A DNA stretch of 55,134 nucleotides, taken from positions 1 through 55,134 of the forward strand of contig CBFHYV010000001.1 of assembly GCA_965660085.1 (NCBI GenBank), in the 5' to 3' direction. Origin of the DNA: an uncultured Rhodobacteraceae bacterium. GTDB taxonomy: Bacteria; Pseudomonadota; Alphaproteobacteria; Rhodobacterales; Rhodobacteraceae. How positions within the stretch are numbered: the first letter of the stretch is position 1; each line of letters starts with the position of its first letter. Shown piece by piece: positions 17,277-26,202 of this stretch. The translations under genes were made by a program, and so were the position numbers. The notes beneath the pieces were generated by a model that did not search any database, was not told the DNA's origin, and was given only the letters and a program-made list of their open reading frames with translations.

Positions 17277-17547
17277 TTCGTCGCCCGTTGTTGCCCACCA
17301 CTTGACGCCGCACCGCAAAACCTTGCCGCACCGTGCCAGAGGCATACTACTTTGGCTTTGAAAGAAGTTGCAACAGGCACTTGCACATAGCCGGACCGGA
17401 CCCAGCGGCACTGCACCTGCCCCGGGCGGACTATACCAAAGAAGTAGCGACATACCTCAAAGGATGGTCCAATAACCACTCGCGCCATGTCAGAGCTGTG
17501 ATACTACTCAAGACAAACGAGTGTTGGTTAAGCGGAGTGTGACGGAC

Positions 17548-18063
17548 ATGATGTCCATGTTGAGCAAATCAATCCGGGCCGGCGTTGTTGCCGCGCTGCT
17601 GTGCGGCGCGTCGGCAGTGGCGGCGCTGGATGCGCCCTCTGGCGCGCCTGTCCTCCGGGTGACGGGGCAGATCACGGAGACCAATTCCGGCGCTGCGGCT
17701 GATCTGGACATCGCCCTGCTGCGGCAGCTTGGGGAAACCACGGTGACCACCAACACCATCTGGACCGAGGGCGAGCAGACCTTCGTCGGCACGCCGCTTG
17801 TTGCACTGGTGCGCGCCCTGGGTGCGTCCGGCGGCACGCTGCGCGCCTCCGCGGTCAACGATTACACCGTTGAAATCCCGGTATCCGATGCGGTGGAGAA
17901 CGGGCCGATCATTGCCTATGAACGCAACGGCCGGCAGATGTCCCTGCGGGACAAGGGGCCGCTGTGGATCATCTATCCCTATGATGACAACCCGGCCTAC
18001 CAGTCCGAAATCTACTATTCCCGCAGCATCTGGCAGATGGACCGGATCGAAGTTGTCCGATGA
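17548..18063 (+). CDS. Periplasmic protein with a sulfite-oxidase/YedY-like molybdopterin-binding-type fold, lacking the Mo-ligand cysteine
   Basis: Has a signal peptide (MMSMLSKSIRAGVVAALLCGASAVAA). The pattern F.G.PL..L....G......L...A.D.Y...IP..D.....P.IAY..NG..M....GPL.IIYP matches the Oxidored_molyb fold seen in MsrP at 1121-2029. The only Cys lies in the signal peptide. Start uncertain (17521, 17548 or 17557). Confidence 0.55.
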   Translation: MMSMLSKSIRAGVVAALLCGASAVAALDAPSGAPVLRVTGQITETNSGAAADLDIALLRQLGETTVTTNTIWTEGEQTFVGTPLVALVRALGASGGTLRASAVNDYTVEIPVSDAVENGPIIAYERNGRQMSLRDKGPLWIIYPYDDNPAYQSEIYYSRSIWQMDRIEVVR

Positions 18064-18129
18064 CATGGTCACCCGGCCGTCACGGGCACCTCGCCCGTGA
18101 CACCGCTGCCTGACACAGGCAGCCTGCGC

Positions 18130-20715
18130 ATGGCGCGGATCCGGCGTGGTATTCTCGCCGCGGGTCTGGCCTGTTTCTTCCTGATCCTGATGGTCTTTGC
18201 CGATGACGTGCGCGAAGGCCTGCAGCGCTATGCCACCGCATCGTCCGACAACGTGCAATGGACCCTCTCTCAGTCCGAGATCGAGGCCCTGCACCTGGCC
18301 CATGCCACCGACAGCGCCGCGCGCTTTGGCGACCCGAGCCTGCAGGAGGTGCGGCGGCACTTCGATATCTTCTATTCCCGCGTCATGACCCTGAGCCAGA
18401 GCGTCAGCTTCGAGGAGCTGCGCGCCAACGCCCAGGTGCAGGGCAATATCGATGAAATGCGCGCCTTCCTGGATCACTATGTTGCCGTGATCGACGGGCC
18501 GGACGAAGACCTGCGCGCCGCCCTGCCCGAAATGGCGCGCGAATCCGCACGCATGCAGCAACTGGTGCGCGCCACCGCCCTGGAAGGGATCCGCATCTTT
18601 TCCCTTCTGGCGGATGCCCGGCGCGATGACATCTCGCAGACGCTTTTGCGGATCGCGGTTTTGACGCTTGTCCTGATCCTCGCGCTTTTGGTGATGGTGG
18701 GCGTGCTGCTGCGGCTGGTTCGGCTGCGCGAACGCAGCGCGCGGGAATACCGCCTGACGCGCGACAGGATGCGCACCATCATCGCAACGTCGCTGGATGC
18801 GGTGATCGTGACGGATCTGTCAGGCCGGGTGATCGAATATAACGGCGCGGCCGAACGGATCTTTGGCTATCGCCGGGACCAAGCGCTGGGCCAGGACATG
18901 GCCAGCCTGATCATCCCCGACGAGATGCGCCCCGCGCATGACGCGGGCATGCACCGGTTCCGCACCACGGGCCATCGCAAGATGCTCAACAGCGGCGTCG
19001 TGCAGCTGGATGCCAAGCGGCAGGATGGCACCACGTTCCCGGTGGATCTGTCGCTGACGGCGGCGCAGACGGCGGATGGCGAAATCCTTGTGGGCTTCAT
19101 CCGCGACATCTCTGACCGGCTGCGCAACGAAGACGCCCTGCGCGCCGCGCGGGACCGCGCCATCGCCGGTGAAAAATCCAAGGCCGAACTGCTTGCGGTG
19201 ATGAGCCATGAGATGCGCACCCCCCTGAACGGGATGCTGGGCACGCTGGAACTGTTTGACCAGGCGGCGCTGGACCCCCGCCACCGCCGGTATCTGCGCA
19301 TCATCCGCAATTCCGGGCGGCTGTTGCTGAACCACGTCAACGACGTTCTGGACATCTCGCGCCTGGATGCAGGCAAGATGAAGATGAACAAGACCCGCTT
19401 TGACCTTGTGGCGCTGTTGCAGGAAATCATCGACGGTCAGGCGGGCCGCGCCCAGACCAATGGCAATGTGCTCACCCTCGCGCCGCTCAACCCGATGCTG
19501 CACGAAGCCTATAGTGACCCCGACCGCCTGCGGCAGGTGCTGCTGAACCTTGTGGGCAATGCCATCAAGTTCACCCAGAACGGGCGCATCACCGTCGAGG
19601 TCGAATGCCACCGCGGCCTGCAGGAGGTGGAGATCCGCGTCATCGATACCGGCGTCGGTATCGATGACGCGGATCTTGACCGGATCTTTGGCGATTTTGT
19701 CACTGTCGATGCCTCCTACCGGCGCAGCACGGGCGGCACCGGGCTTGGGCTGGGCATCGCGCGGCGGCTGACCACGGCCTTGGGCGGCACCCTGGGCGCC
19801 GAGAGCGAGCCGGGAGATGGCAGCGTGTTCTGGCTGCGCCTGCCGCTGGACCCACCCGCCGGCGTCGTGTTCGAGGAGCCTCTGCCCACCATCGTGGAAG
19901 ACACCCCGATCGAGCAAGTGGAACTGCCGCCGCTGCGCGTGCTGATGGTGGAGGACAACGAGGTCAACCGCGTCGTCGCCCGCGAGATGCTGGAACGCGA
20001 CGGCCATGTGGTGCTGGAGGCCCACAACGGCGCCGAAGGCGTCTCTCTGGCGCGCGAAAGCGCCTTCGATGCGATCCTGATGGATGTCTCGATGCCAGAG
20101 ATGGACGGCCTGACCGCCACCCGCTTGATCCGCGACAGCGGCGGCGAATCCGCCGACAGCCCCATCATCGCCACCACCGCCCATGCCATGCCCGACGAGG
20201 TGCGCCGCTTCCGCGAGGCCGGCATGACGGAGGTGCTGATCAAACCGCTGTCGATCAACAGTCTGCGCGCCGCGCTGGCGCTGGCGCTGCTGTCCGACGA
20301 TACAGACGATGACCCGGAGGAGCGCGCCACCATGCCAGACCCCACACCCCAGACCCACGCGCTTGTGGACCGTGACCACCTGGCCGAGGTCATGGAGGAT
20401 CTGCCAAGCGAACAGTTCCAGCGCGTTCTGAAGCAGTTTACCGGAGACACCTGCAAGTTCGTCCGCTCCATGCCCGAACTGGTGGAGCAAGAGGACCGCT
20501 GCCAGGAGCTGTCCGCCGAAGCGCACCGGATGGCAGGCTCTGCCGGGGTGTTCGGCGCCTTCCGGCTGGCCAGCCAGATGCGCCAGATGCAGGACAGCGC
20601 GCTGCACGGCACGATCGAGGAGCGCCGCGCCCTGGCCACGGAGATCCGCGAATGCTGGATTGCCACGCGGCAGGAGCTGGACCGCGACGGGCTGATCACG
20701 CTCAGCACCTCCTGA
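18130..20715 (+). CDS. Hybrid sensor histidine kinase (2 TM + periplasmic domain, PAS, HisKA, HATPase, REC, Hpt)
   Basis: H-box SHEMRTPLNG (His codon 19207-19209), an N box NLVGNAIKFT and G boxes DTGVGI/GGTGLGLGI. The REC Asp sits in ILMDVSMPEMDG (20083-20085). The Hpt His sits in AEAHRMAGSAG (20524-20526). Start is either ATG 18130 or GTG 18097. Confidence 0.9.
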   Translation: MARIRRGILAAGLACFFLILMVFADDVREGLQRYATASSDNVQWTLSQSEIEALHLAHATDSAARFGDPSLQEVRRHFDIFYSRVMTLSQSVSFEELRANAQVQGNIDEMRAFLDHYVAVIDGPDEDLRAALPEMARESARMQQLVRATALEGIRIFSLLADARRDDISQTLLRIAVLTLVLILALLVMVGVLLRLVRLRERSAREYRLTRDRMRTIIATSLDAVIVTDLSGRVIEYNGAAERIFGYRRDQALGQDMASLIIPDEMRPAHDAGMHRFRTTGHRKMLNSGVVQLDAKRQDGTTFPVDLSLTAAQTADGEILVGFIRDISDRLRNEDALRAARDRAIAGEKSKAELLAVMSHEMRTPLNGMLGTLELFDQAALDPRHRRYLRIIRNSGRLLLNHVNDVLDISRLDAGKMKMNKTRFDLVALLQEIIDGQAGRAQTNGNVLTLAPLNPMLHEAYSDPDRLRQVLLNLVGNAIKFTQNGRITVEVECHRGLQEVEIRVIDTGVGIDDADLDRIFGDFVTVDASYRRSTGGTGLGLGIARRLTTALGGTLGAESEPGDGSVFWLRLPLDPPAGVVFEEPLPTIVEDTPIEQVELPPLRVLMVEDNEVNRVVAREMLERDGHVVLEAHNGAEGVSLARESAFDAILMDVSMPEMDGLTATRLIRDSGGESADSPIIATTAHAMPDEVRRFREAGMTEVLIKPLSINSLRAALALALLSDDTDDDPEERATMPDPTPQTHALVDRDHLAEVMEDLPSEQFQRVLKQFTGDTCKFVRSMPELVEQEDRCQELSAEAHRMAGSAGVFGAFRLASQMRQMQDSALHGTIEERRALATEIRECWIATRQELDRDGLITLSTS

Positions 20716-20795
20716 TCCGGCCTCTGTGTGCAAGATGGGGCTGGTCCGGCACCGGGGCTTGGCCTAGCGTTGGCGCAAACAGGCATCCGAGCGTC

Positions 20796-23621
20796 ATGGC
20801 AAATATCGAGACAGACCCAACCCCGTCCGGCCGCGGTTTCGACGAAACGCGCAAGACCACATGCTATATGTGCGCCTGCCGCTGCGGGATCGACGTGCAT
20901 CTGAAAAACGGCAAGGTCGCCTATATCGAGGGCAACCGCGACCACCCGGTCAACCGTGGGGTGCTGTGTGCCAAGGGCAGCGCGGGGATCATGCAGCACA
21001 ATTCGCCGGCCCGGCTGCGCGCGCCCATGAGGCGCGTCGGCCCGCGCGGCGAAGGCCGGTTCGAGGAAATCAGCTGGGAGGAGGCGCTGCAAACCGCGGT
21101 GGACTGGATGGCCCCGCTGCGCAAGACCGCGCCGGAGAAGCTGGCCTTTTTCACCGGGCGGGACCAGAGCCAGAGCTTGACAAGCTATTGGGCGCAGATG
21201 TTCGGCACGCCCAACTATGCCGCGCATGGGGGGTTCTGTTCCGTCAACATGGCGGCGGCGGGGATCTACACTCTGGGCGGGGCCTTCTGGGAATTCGGCC
21301 AGCCGGATTGGGACCACACCCGCCTGTTCCTGCTGTTCGGCGTGGCCGAGGACCATGACAGCAACCCCATCAAGATGGGCCTGGCCAAGCTGAAGCAGCG
21401 CGGCGTCCGGGTGATCTCGGTCAACCCGGTGCGGACGGGATATTCCGCCGTGGCCGATGACTGGGTTGGCATCACGCCGGGCACGGACGGGCTGTTCATC
21501 CTGTCCCTTGTCCATGAATTGCTGCGTGCAGGTGCGGTGGATGCCGAATACCTGGCGCGCTACACCAATGCGCCGGTGCTGGTGGATTGCGACCCGAAGT
21601 CAGACACCCACGGGCTGTTCCTGCGCGATGCGGAAGGCACGCCGCTGGTGATGGACCGCCGCAGCGGCAAGCCCGCCCCCGTGACGGACCCGAAGGCGGA
21701 ACCGGAGCTGGGCCGCACATGGCGCCACGCCGGGATCAGCCACCGCAGCGTCATGCAACTGCTGGCGGAACGCTACATGCGCCCGGAATACGCGCCCGAT
21801 GCCGTGGCGGGGCGGTGTGGCATCTCCGCCGACCGCATCCGCCGCATCGCCGCTGAAATCGCCCGCACCGCCTTTGAAGAACCCGTGACGCTGGACCAGC
21901 CCTGGACGGACATGGCCGGCACCCGCCACGCGCAGATGCGCGGGCGGCCTGTCAGCTTTCACGCGATGCGGGGCATTTCGGCCCATTCCAACGGGTTTCA
22001 GACGGCCCGCGCGCTGCATGTGCTGCAACTGTTGCTGGGCACCGTGGAAACGCCCGGCGGTTTCCGGTTCAAACCGCCCTACCCCAAACCGGCGGAGGCG
22101 CACCCCCGCCCCCACGCGCACAGCCAGCCCGGCCACCCCCTGTCCGGCCCGCATCTGGGCTGTCCGCAAGGGCCGGAGGATCTGGCCATTGACGCGGACG
22201 GCAGGCCGCTGCGGATTGACAAGGCCTTCACCTGGGAAAACCCGCTCAGCCTGCATGGGCTGATGCATATGGTGATCTCCAACGCCCATGCGGGCGATCC
22301 CTACCGGATCGACACGCTGTTTCTGTATATGGCGAACATGGCGTGGAACTCCTCCATGAACACTGCCGCGGTCATCGACATGCTGACCGATCAGGATGAA
22401 ACGGGCGAATATGTGATCCCGCGGATCATCTGTTCCGATGCCTACAGCTCTGAAATGGTGGCCTATGCGGATCTGATCCTGCCAGATACCACCTATCTGG
22501 AACGCCATGACTGCATCAGCCTGCTGGATCGCCCGATTTCTGAGCCGGACGCCGCCGCCGATGCCATCCGCTGGCCAGTGGTGGCGCCGGACCGTAATGT
22601 GCGGGCCTTTCAATCGGTGCTGCTGGATCTGGGGGCGCGGCTGGGCCTGCCGGGTTTCATAGATGACAGCGGCGCGCCGGCCTATGCCGATTATGCCGAT
22701 TACATCACCCGCCATGAACGCCGCCCCGGCGTCGGCCCGCTGGCCGGGTGGCGCACGGGTGACAGCGGCATCAGCCACGGCCGCGGCGGGCCGAATGATG
22801 CCCAGATGGAACATTACATCGCCAATGGCGGCTTTTTCACCGCCGAGGTGCCGCCAGAGGCGCGCTATTTCAAACCCTTCAACGCCGCCTATCAGGATTG
22901 GGCGGTGCAGCTGGGCCTGCAGGACAAACCGCAGCCCTATCGCTTTCAGCTTTACCTGGAGCCGATGCGCCGGTTTCAGCGCGCCGCCGAAGGCCACGGC
23001 CCGATCCAGCCTCCCGATGCGCTGCGCGGACAGCTGCGCAGCATGATGGACCCGCTGCCCATCTGGCACGCGCCGATGGTGGATGCCTTTGCCGATCCGG
23101 CGGAATACCCGCTGCATGCCATCACGCAACGGCCCATGGCCATGTATCACAGCTGGGGCAGCCAGAACGCTTGGCTGCGCCAGATCCATGCGCAAACGCC
23201 GCTCTACCTGCCGCGGGCGGTGTGGGACAGCATCGGGTTAAAGGATGGCGATTGGGCGCGCGTGATCTCTCCGCATGGGGAAATCACGGTGCCCGTGGCG
23301 GTGATGGATGCGGTCAACCCCCATACCGTCTGGACGTGGAACGCCATCGGCAAACGGCGCGGCGCCTGGGCGCTGGACCCGAAGGCGCCAGAGGCCGAGC
23401 GGGGCATATTGCTCAACCACCTGATCAGCGAGTTGCTGCCGCCGCGCGGTGACGGACTGCGCTGGTCCAACTCTGACCCCGTTACGGGCCAGGCCGCGTG
23501 GTTTGATCTGCGGGTGCGGCTGGAACGGTCTGCGGCGCCAGAGGCCGTGCAGCCGCAGTTCCCCACGCTCGGCTCCGCACTGCCCGAGGGGCCCCGATTG
23601 CTGCGCTGGAAGGTAACATGA
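20796..23621 (+). CDS. Molybdopterin (bis-MGD) oxidoreductase catalytic subunit without a Tat signal; SoeA-like (cytoplasmic sulfite dehydrogenase candidate)
   Basis: N-terminal 4Fe-4S motif C-x2-C-x3-C-x26-C (CYMCACRCGIDV...VLCAKG, first Cys at 20862). The 941-aa size is typical of the DMSO-reductase family. There is no RR motif. Start trimmed from 20652 to ATG 20796. Confidence 0.8.
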   Translation: MANIETDPTPSGRGFDETRKTTCYMCACRCGIDVHLKNGKVAYIEGNRDHPVNRGVLCAKGSAGIMQHNSPARLRAPMRRVGPRGEGRFEEISWEEALQTAVDWMAPLRKTAPEKLAFFTGRDQSQSLTSYWAQMFGTPNYAAHGGFCSVNMAAAGIYTLGGAFWEFGQPDWDHTRLFLLFGVAEDHDSNPIKMGLAKLKQRGVRVISVNPVRTGYSAVADDWVGITPGTDGLFILSLVHELLRAGAVDAEYLARYTNAPVLVDCDPKSDTHGLFLRDAEGTPLVMDRRSGKPAPVTDPKAEPELGRTWRHAGISHRSVMQLLAERYMRPEYAPDAVAGRCGISADRIRRIAAEIARTAFEEPVTLDQPWTDMAGTRHAQMRGRPVSFHAMRGISAHSNGFQTARALHVLQLLLGTVETPGGFRFKPPYPKPAEAHPRPHAHSQPGHPLSGPHLGCPQGPEDLAIDADGRPLRIDKAFTWENPLSLHGLMHMVISNAHAGDPYRIDTLFLYMANMAWNSSMNTAAVIDMLTDQDETGEYVIPRIICSDAYSSEMVAYADLILPDTTYLERHDCISLLDRPISEPDAAADAIRWPVVAPDRNVRAFQSVLLDLGARLGLPGFIDDSGAPAYADYADYITRHERRPGVGPLAGWRTGDSGISHGRGGPNDAQMEHYIANGGFFTAEVPPEARYFKPFNAAYQDWAVQLGLQDKPQPYRFQLYLEPMRRFQRAAEGHGPIQPPDALRGQLRSMMDPLPIWHAPMVDAFADPAEYPLHAITQRPMAMYHSWGSQNAWLRQIHAQTPLYLPRAVWDSIGLKDGDWARVISPHGEITVPVAVMDAVNPHTVWTWNAIGKRRGAWALDPKAPEAERGILLNHLISELLPPRGDGLRWSNSDPVTGQAAWFDLRVRLERSAAPEAVQPQFPTLGSALPEGPRLLRWKVT

Positions 23622-24376
23622 CCGATCTTCCCAAAACAACGGACCGAACCCTGGGCCTTGTCATTGACCTTGACACCTGCGTGGGCTGCCATGCCTGCGT
23701 GGTGGCCTGCAAGGGCTGGAACACCCAGGCCCAGGACAGCCCTCTGGCCGATACGGACCCCTATGGCATATCGCCCGAGGGCGCCTTTCTGAACCGCGTC
23801 CACAGCTATGAAATCCGCCCTGACACCGGCGGAGTTGCGCAGATGGCGCATTTCCCGAAATCCTGCCTGCATTGCGCGGATGCGCCCTGTGTGACGGTCT
23901 GCCCAACGGGGGCGAGCTTCAAGCGCGCGGAGGACGGCATTGTTCTGGTCAACGAGTCCGACTGCATCGGCTGTGGCCTCTGCGCTTGGGCCTGCCCCTA
24001 TGGCGCCCGAGAGCTGGACCCGGCCGAAAAGGTAATGAAGAAATGCACGCTGTGCGTGGACCGCATCTATGACACCGCCCTGCCAGAGGCCGACCGCGTG
24101 CCAGCCTGCGTGCGCACCTGCCCCGCGGGCGCGCGCCATTTCGGCGATCTGTCAGACCCTGACAGCGCCGTCTCCCAACTGGTTCAGGAACGCGGCGGGC
24201 TGGAGCTGATGCCGGAACAAGGCACCCGCCCCGTCAACCGCTACCTGCCGCCCCGCCCCCGCGATACTCTGTCAGACCCGGAAGACATCGACGTTCTGGC
24301 GCCCTTCCTGGCCCCGGTCGCCGAAGAGCCGCGCGGCCTGCTGGCCTGGTTGGACCGCCAGTTGGAGAAGCTCTGA
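23618..24376 (+). CDS. 4Fe-4S ferredoxin-type electron-transfer subunit (DmsB/PsrB family; SoeB-like)
   Basis: Four Cys clusters (CVGCHACVVACK, CLHCADAPCVTVCP, CIGCGLCAWACP, CTLCVDR...CVRTCP). Its start overlaps the upstream stop by 4 nt. Confidence 0.85.
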   Translation: MTDLPKTTDRTLGLVIDLDTCVGCHACVVACKGWNTQAQDSPLADTDPYGISPEGAFLNRVHSYEIRPDTGGVAQMAHFPKSCLHCADAPCVTVCPTGASFKRAEDGIVLVNESDCIGCGLCAWACPYGARELDPAEKVMKKCTLCVDRIYDTALPEADRVPACVRTCPAGARHFGDLSDPDSAVSQLVQERGGLELMPEQGTRPVNRYLPPRPRDTLSDPEDIDVLAPFLAPVAEEPRGLLAWLDRQLEKL

Positions 24377-25239
24377 TGCATCCCGCGTCTTCCCTGATCC
24401 TGTTCACCACCCTGTCTGGCCTGGGGTTCGGGCTGATGGCCTGGCTGGGCGTGGACATGACCCCGCCTTCGGGCTGGGTGGCGGCAGTGTTCTACGCCAT
24501 TGCCTTTGCGCTGGCGGGCGCGGGGCTGCTCGCCTCCACCCGCCATCTGGGCCGGCCGGAGCGCGCGTTGAAAGCCTTTACCCAGTGGCGCAGCAGCTGG
24601 CTGAGCCGCGAGGCCTGGCTGGCCGTGGCCGCGCTGGGCGTCAATGGGCTGGCGGCGCTGCTGCGGATCTTCGGGCATCCGGCGCCGGTTCTGGGGGTGC
24701 TGGGGGCGGTGCTGGCGCTGGCGACGGTGGGCTGCACCGCGATGATCTACGCCCAGTTGCGCACCGTGCCGCGCTGGTATTCGCCGCTGACGCCGGCGCT
24801 GTTCCTGGCGCTGGCGGTGGCGGGGGGCGCATTGCTGGCCGGGCGGGTCACGCTGACGCTATGGTTGCTGCCCCTGGCGGGTGTTGTGCAGCTGGTCGCC
24901 TGGCGGATGGGCGATGGCGCCTTTGCCCGCAGCGGCAGCACGCTGAACAGCGCCACGGGCCTGCGCGGCGGGCTGCGCAGCTTTGCCCCACCGCATGAGG
25001 GGCCAAATTACCTGACCCGCGAAATGATGCATGTGGTGGGCCGCAAACACGCAACCAAGCTGCGCGTGATCGGATGGGCGCTGGCCTTTGCCGTGCCGGT
25101 GGCGCTGTTGCTGCTGCCCTTCGGGCACTGGCTGGGCCTTTTGGCGGTGCTGAGCAACCTTGGCGGCGTTTTGGTGCTGCGCTGGCTGTTTTTTGCGCAG
25201 GCCGAACATGTGGTGGGCCTGTATTACGGGGCGCGTTAA
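24376..25239 (+). CDS. Membrane anchor subunit (DmsC/NrfD-like; SoeC-like)
   Basis: 287 aa with about 8 hydrophobic helices. Translationally coupled (TGATG) to the Fe-S subunit gene. Confidence 0.75.
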   Translation: MHPASSLILFTTLSGLGFGLMAWLGVDMTPPSGWVAAVFYAIAFALAGAGLLASTRHLGRPERALKAFTQWRSSWLSREAWLAVAALGVNGLAALLRIFGHPAPVLGVLGAVLALATVGCTAMIYAQLRTVPRWYSPLTPALFLALAVAGGALLAGRVTLTLWLLPLAGVVQLVAWRMGDGAFARSGSTLNSATGLRGGLRSFAPPHEGPNYLTREMMHVVGRKHATKLRVIGWALAFAVPVALLLLPFGHWLGLLAVLSNLGGVLVLRWLFFAQAEHVVGLYYGAR

Positions 25240-25293
25240 CCAAGAGATCAACCTTCGGCTTCTAGGCTTCGGTCATCGGATCGGAGGAAAGCC

Positions 25294-26202
25294 ATGTTCA
25301 TCCCTACGCTAAAAGACCCCGGACACGCGGTGCGCGATGCGCTGATTGCGCTGTGGCACGGGATGGATGGGGGGACACCCCAGGGCTTTGCCGATGACGC
25401 CGTGATCGTGGATGCCGCCTTTGGCCAGATGAGCCTGCGCAGCTTTGCCGCGCTGCGCCAGGCGGTCCGCCAATCCATCCCCGATCATTCCATTCTGGTG
25501 GAGGACAGCGTCTGCCATGGCGACGGGCAGCGCATGATCGTCGTCTCCCGCCTGTGCGCCATTGGCACGCAAAGCGGGCATGGCCCTTTCGGCCCGCCCA
25601 CGCACCGCCCCGTCATCTACCGGATGATGGCCGAATCCCTGATCGAGGGGGAGCGGATCGTGCAGGTGCGGCTGATCCGGGACCGGGCGGGGTTCCTGGT
25701 GCCGGGGCAAGACGCCTCCTGCACCGCGGCGCGGGCAGCTCAGCCCGGCCCGGCGCTGCATTCCGGGGATCCGTGGGCTTCCGCTTTTGCGGAACTCTTG
25801 GGGAAAATGATGGATGGTGACTTTTCCGTCCTGCACCGGGCCTATGAACGCGGGGCAGAGCTTTATCACCCGCGCGGCCAGGTCCGCAGCGGGCGATTGG
25901 CGGCGGAAGGCTTCTGGCTGGGCATCCGCGCGGCCTTTCCCTCAGCTGCGCTGGTCATCCAATCCTCCATCGGACAGGAACCGCCGTTGGCATCGCCCCG
26001 TGTGGCGATCGGATGGCGGCTGTCCGGCCGGCATGACGGCTGGGGCCGCTACGGCGCCCCGACCGGGGCCGAGGTGCAAATGGACGGGATCACTTTCGCG
26101 GAATTTGGCCCCGCCGGTGTGCGCCGCGAATGGACGATCATCGATGATCTGGCCATTCAGGCCCAGATCGCATCACGCTTGACAGTGCAATCCGCGGCCT
26201 AG
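25294..26202 (+). CDS. Hypothetical protein with two tandem SnoaL/ester-cyclase-like (NTF2 superfamily) domains
   Basis: Both halves show the ester-cyclase pattern: R.A(F/I)P(D/S).......... G.H.G.(F/Y)G.PT(G/H)..V......(I/F)...... I.(Q/E).(R/W)...D. GGAGGA lies upstream of the ATG. The fold assignment is from pattern memory only. Confidence 0.45.
   Translation: MFIPTLKDPGHAVRDALIALWHGMDGGTPQGFADDAVIVDAAFGQMSLRSFAALRQAVRQSIPDHSILVEDSVCHGDGQRMIVVSRLCAIGTQSGHGPFGPPTHRPVIYRMMAESLIEGERIVQVRLIRDRAGFLVPGQDASCTAARAAQPGPALHSGDPWASAFAELLGKMMDGDFSVLHRAYERGAELYHPRGQVRSGRLAAEGFWLGIRAAFPSAALVIQSSIGQEPPLASPRVAIGWRLSGRHDGWGRYGAPTGAEVQMDGITFAEFGPAGVRREWTIIDDLAIQAQIASRLTVQSAA

Noticed and set aside
18820-23195. 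Long minus-strand ORFs (18820-20733, 19716-21515, 21600-23195) opposite the kinase and the molybdoenzyme gene
   Set aside because: They are antisense shadows. The sense-strand products carry complete, ordered catalytic motifs, whereas these do not.
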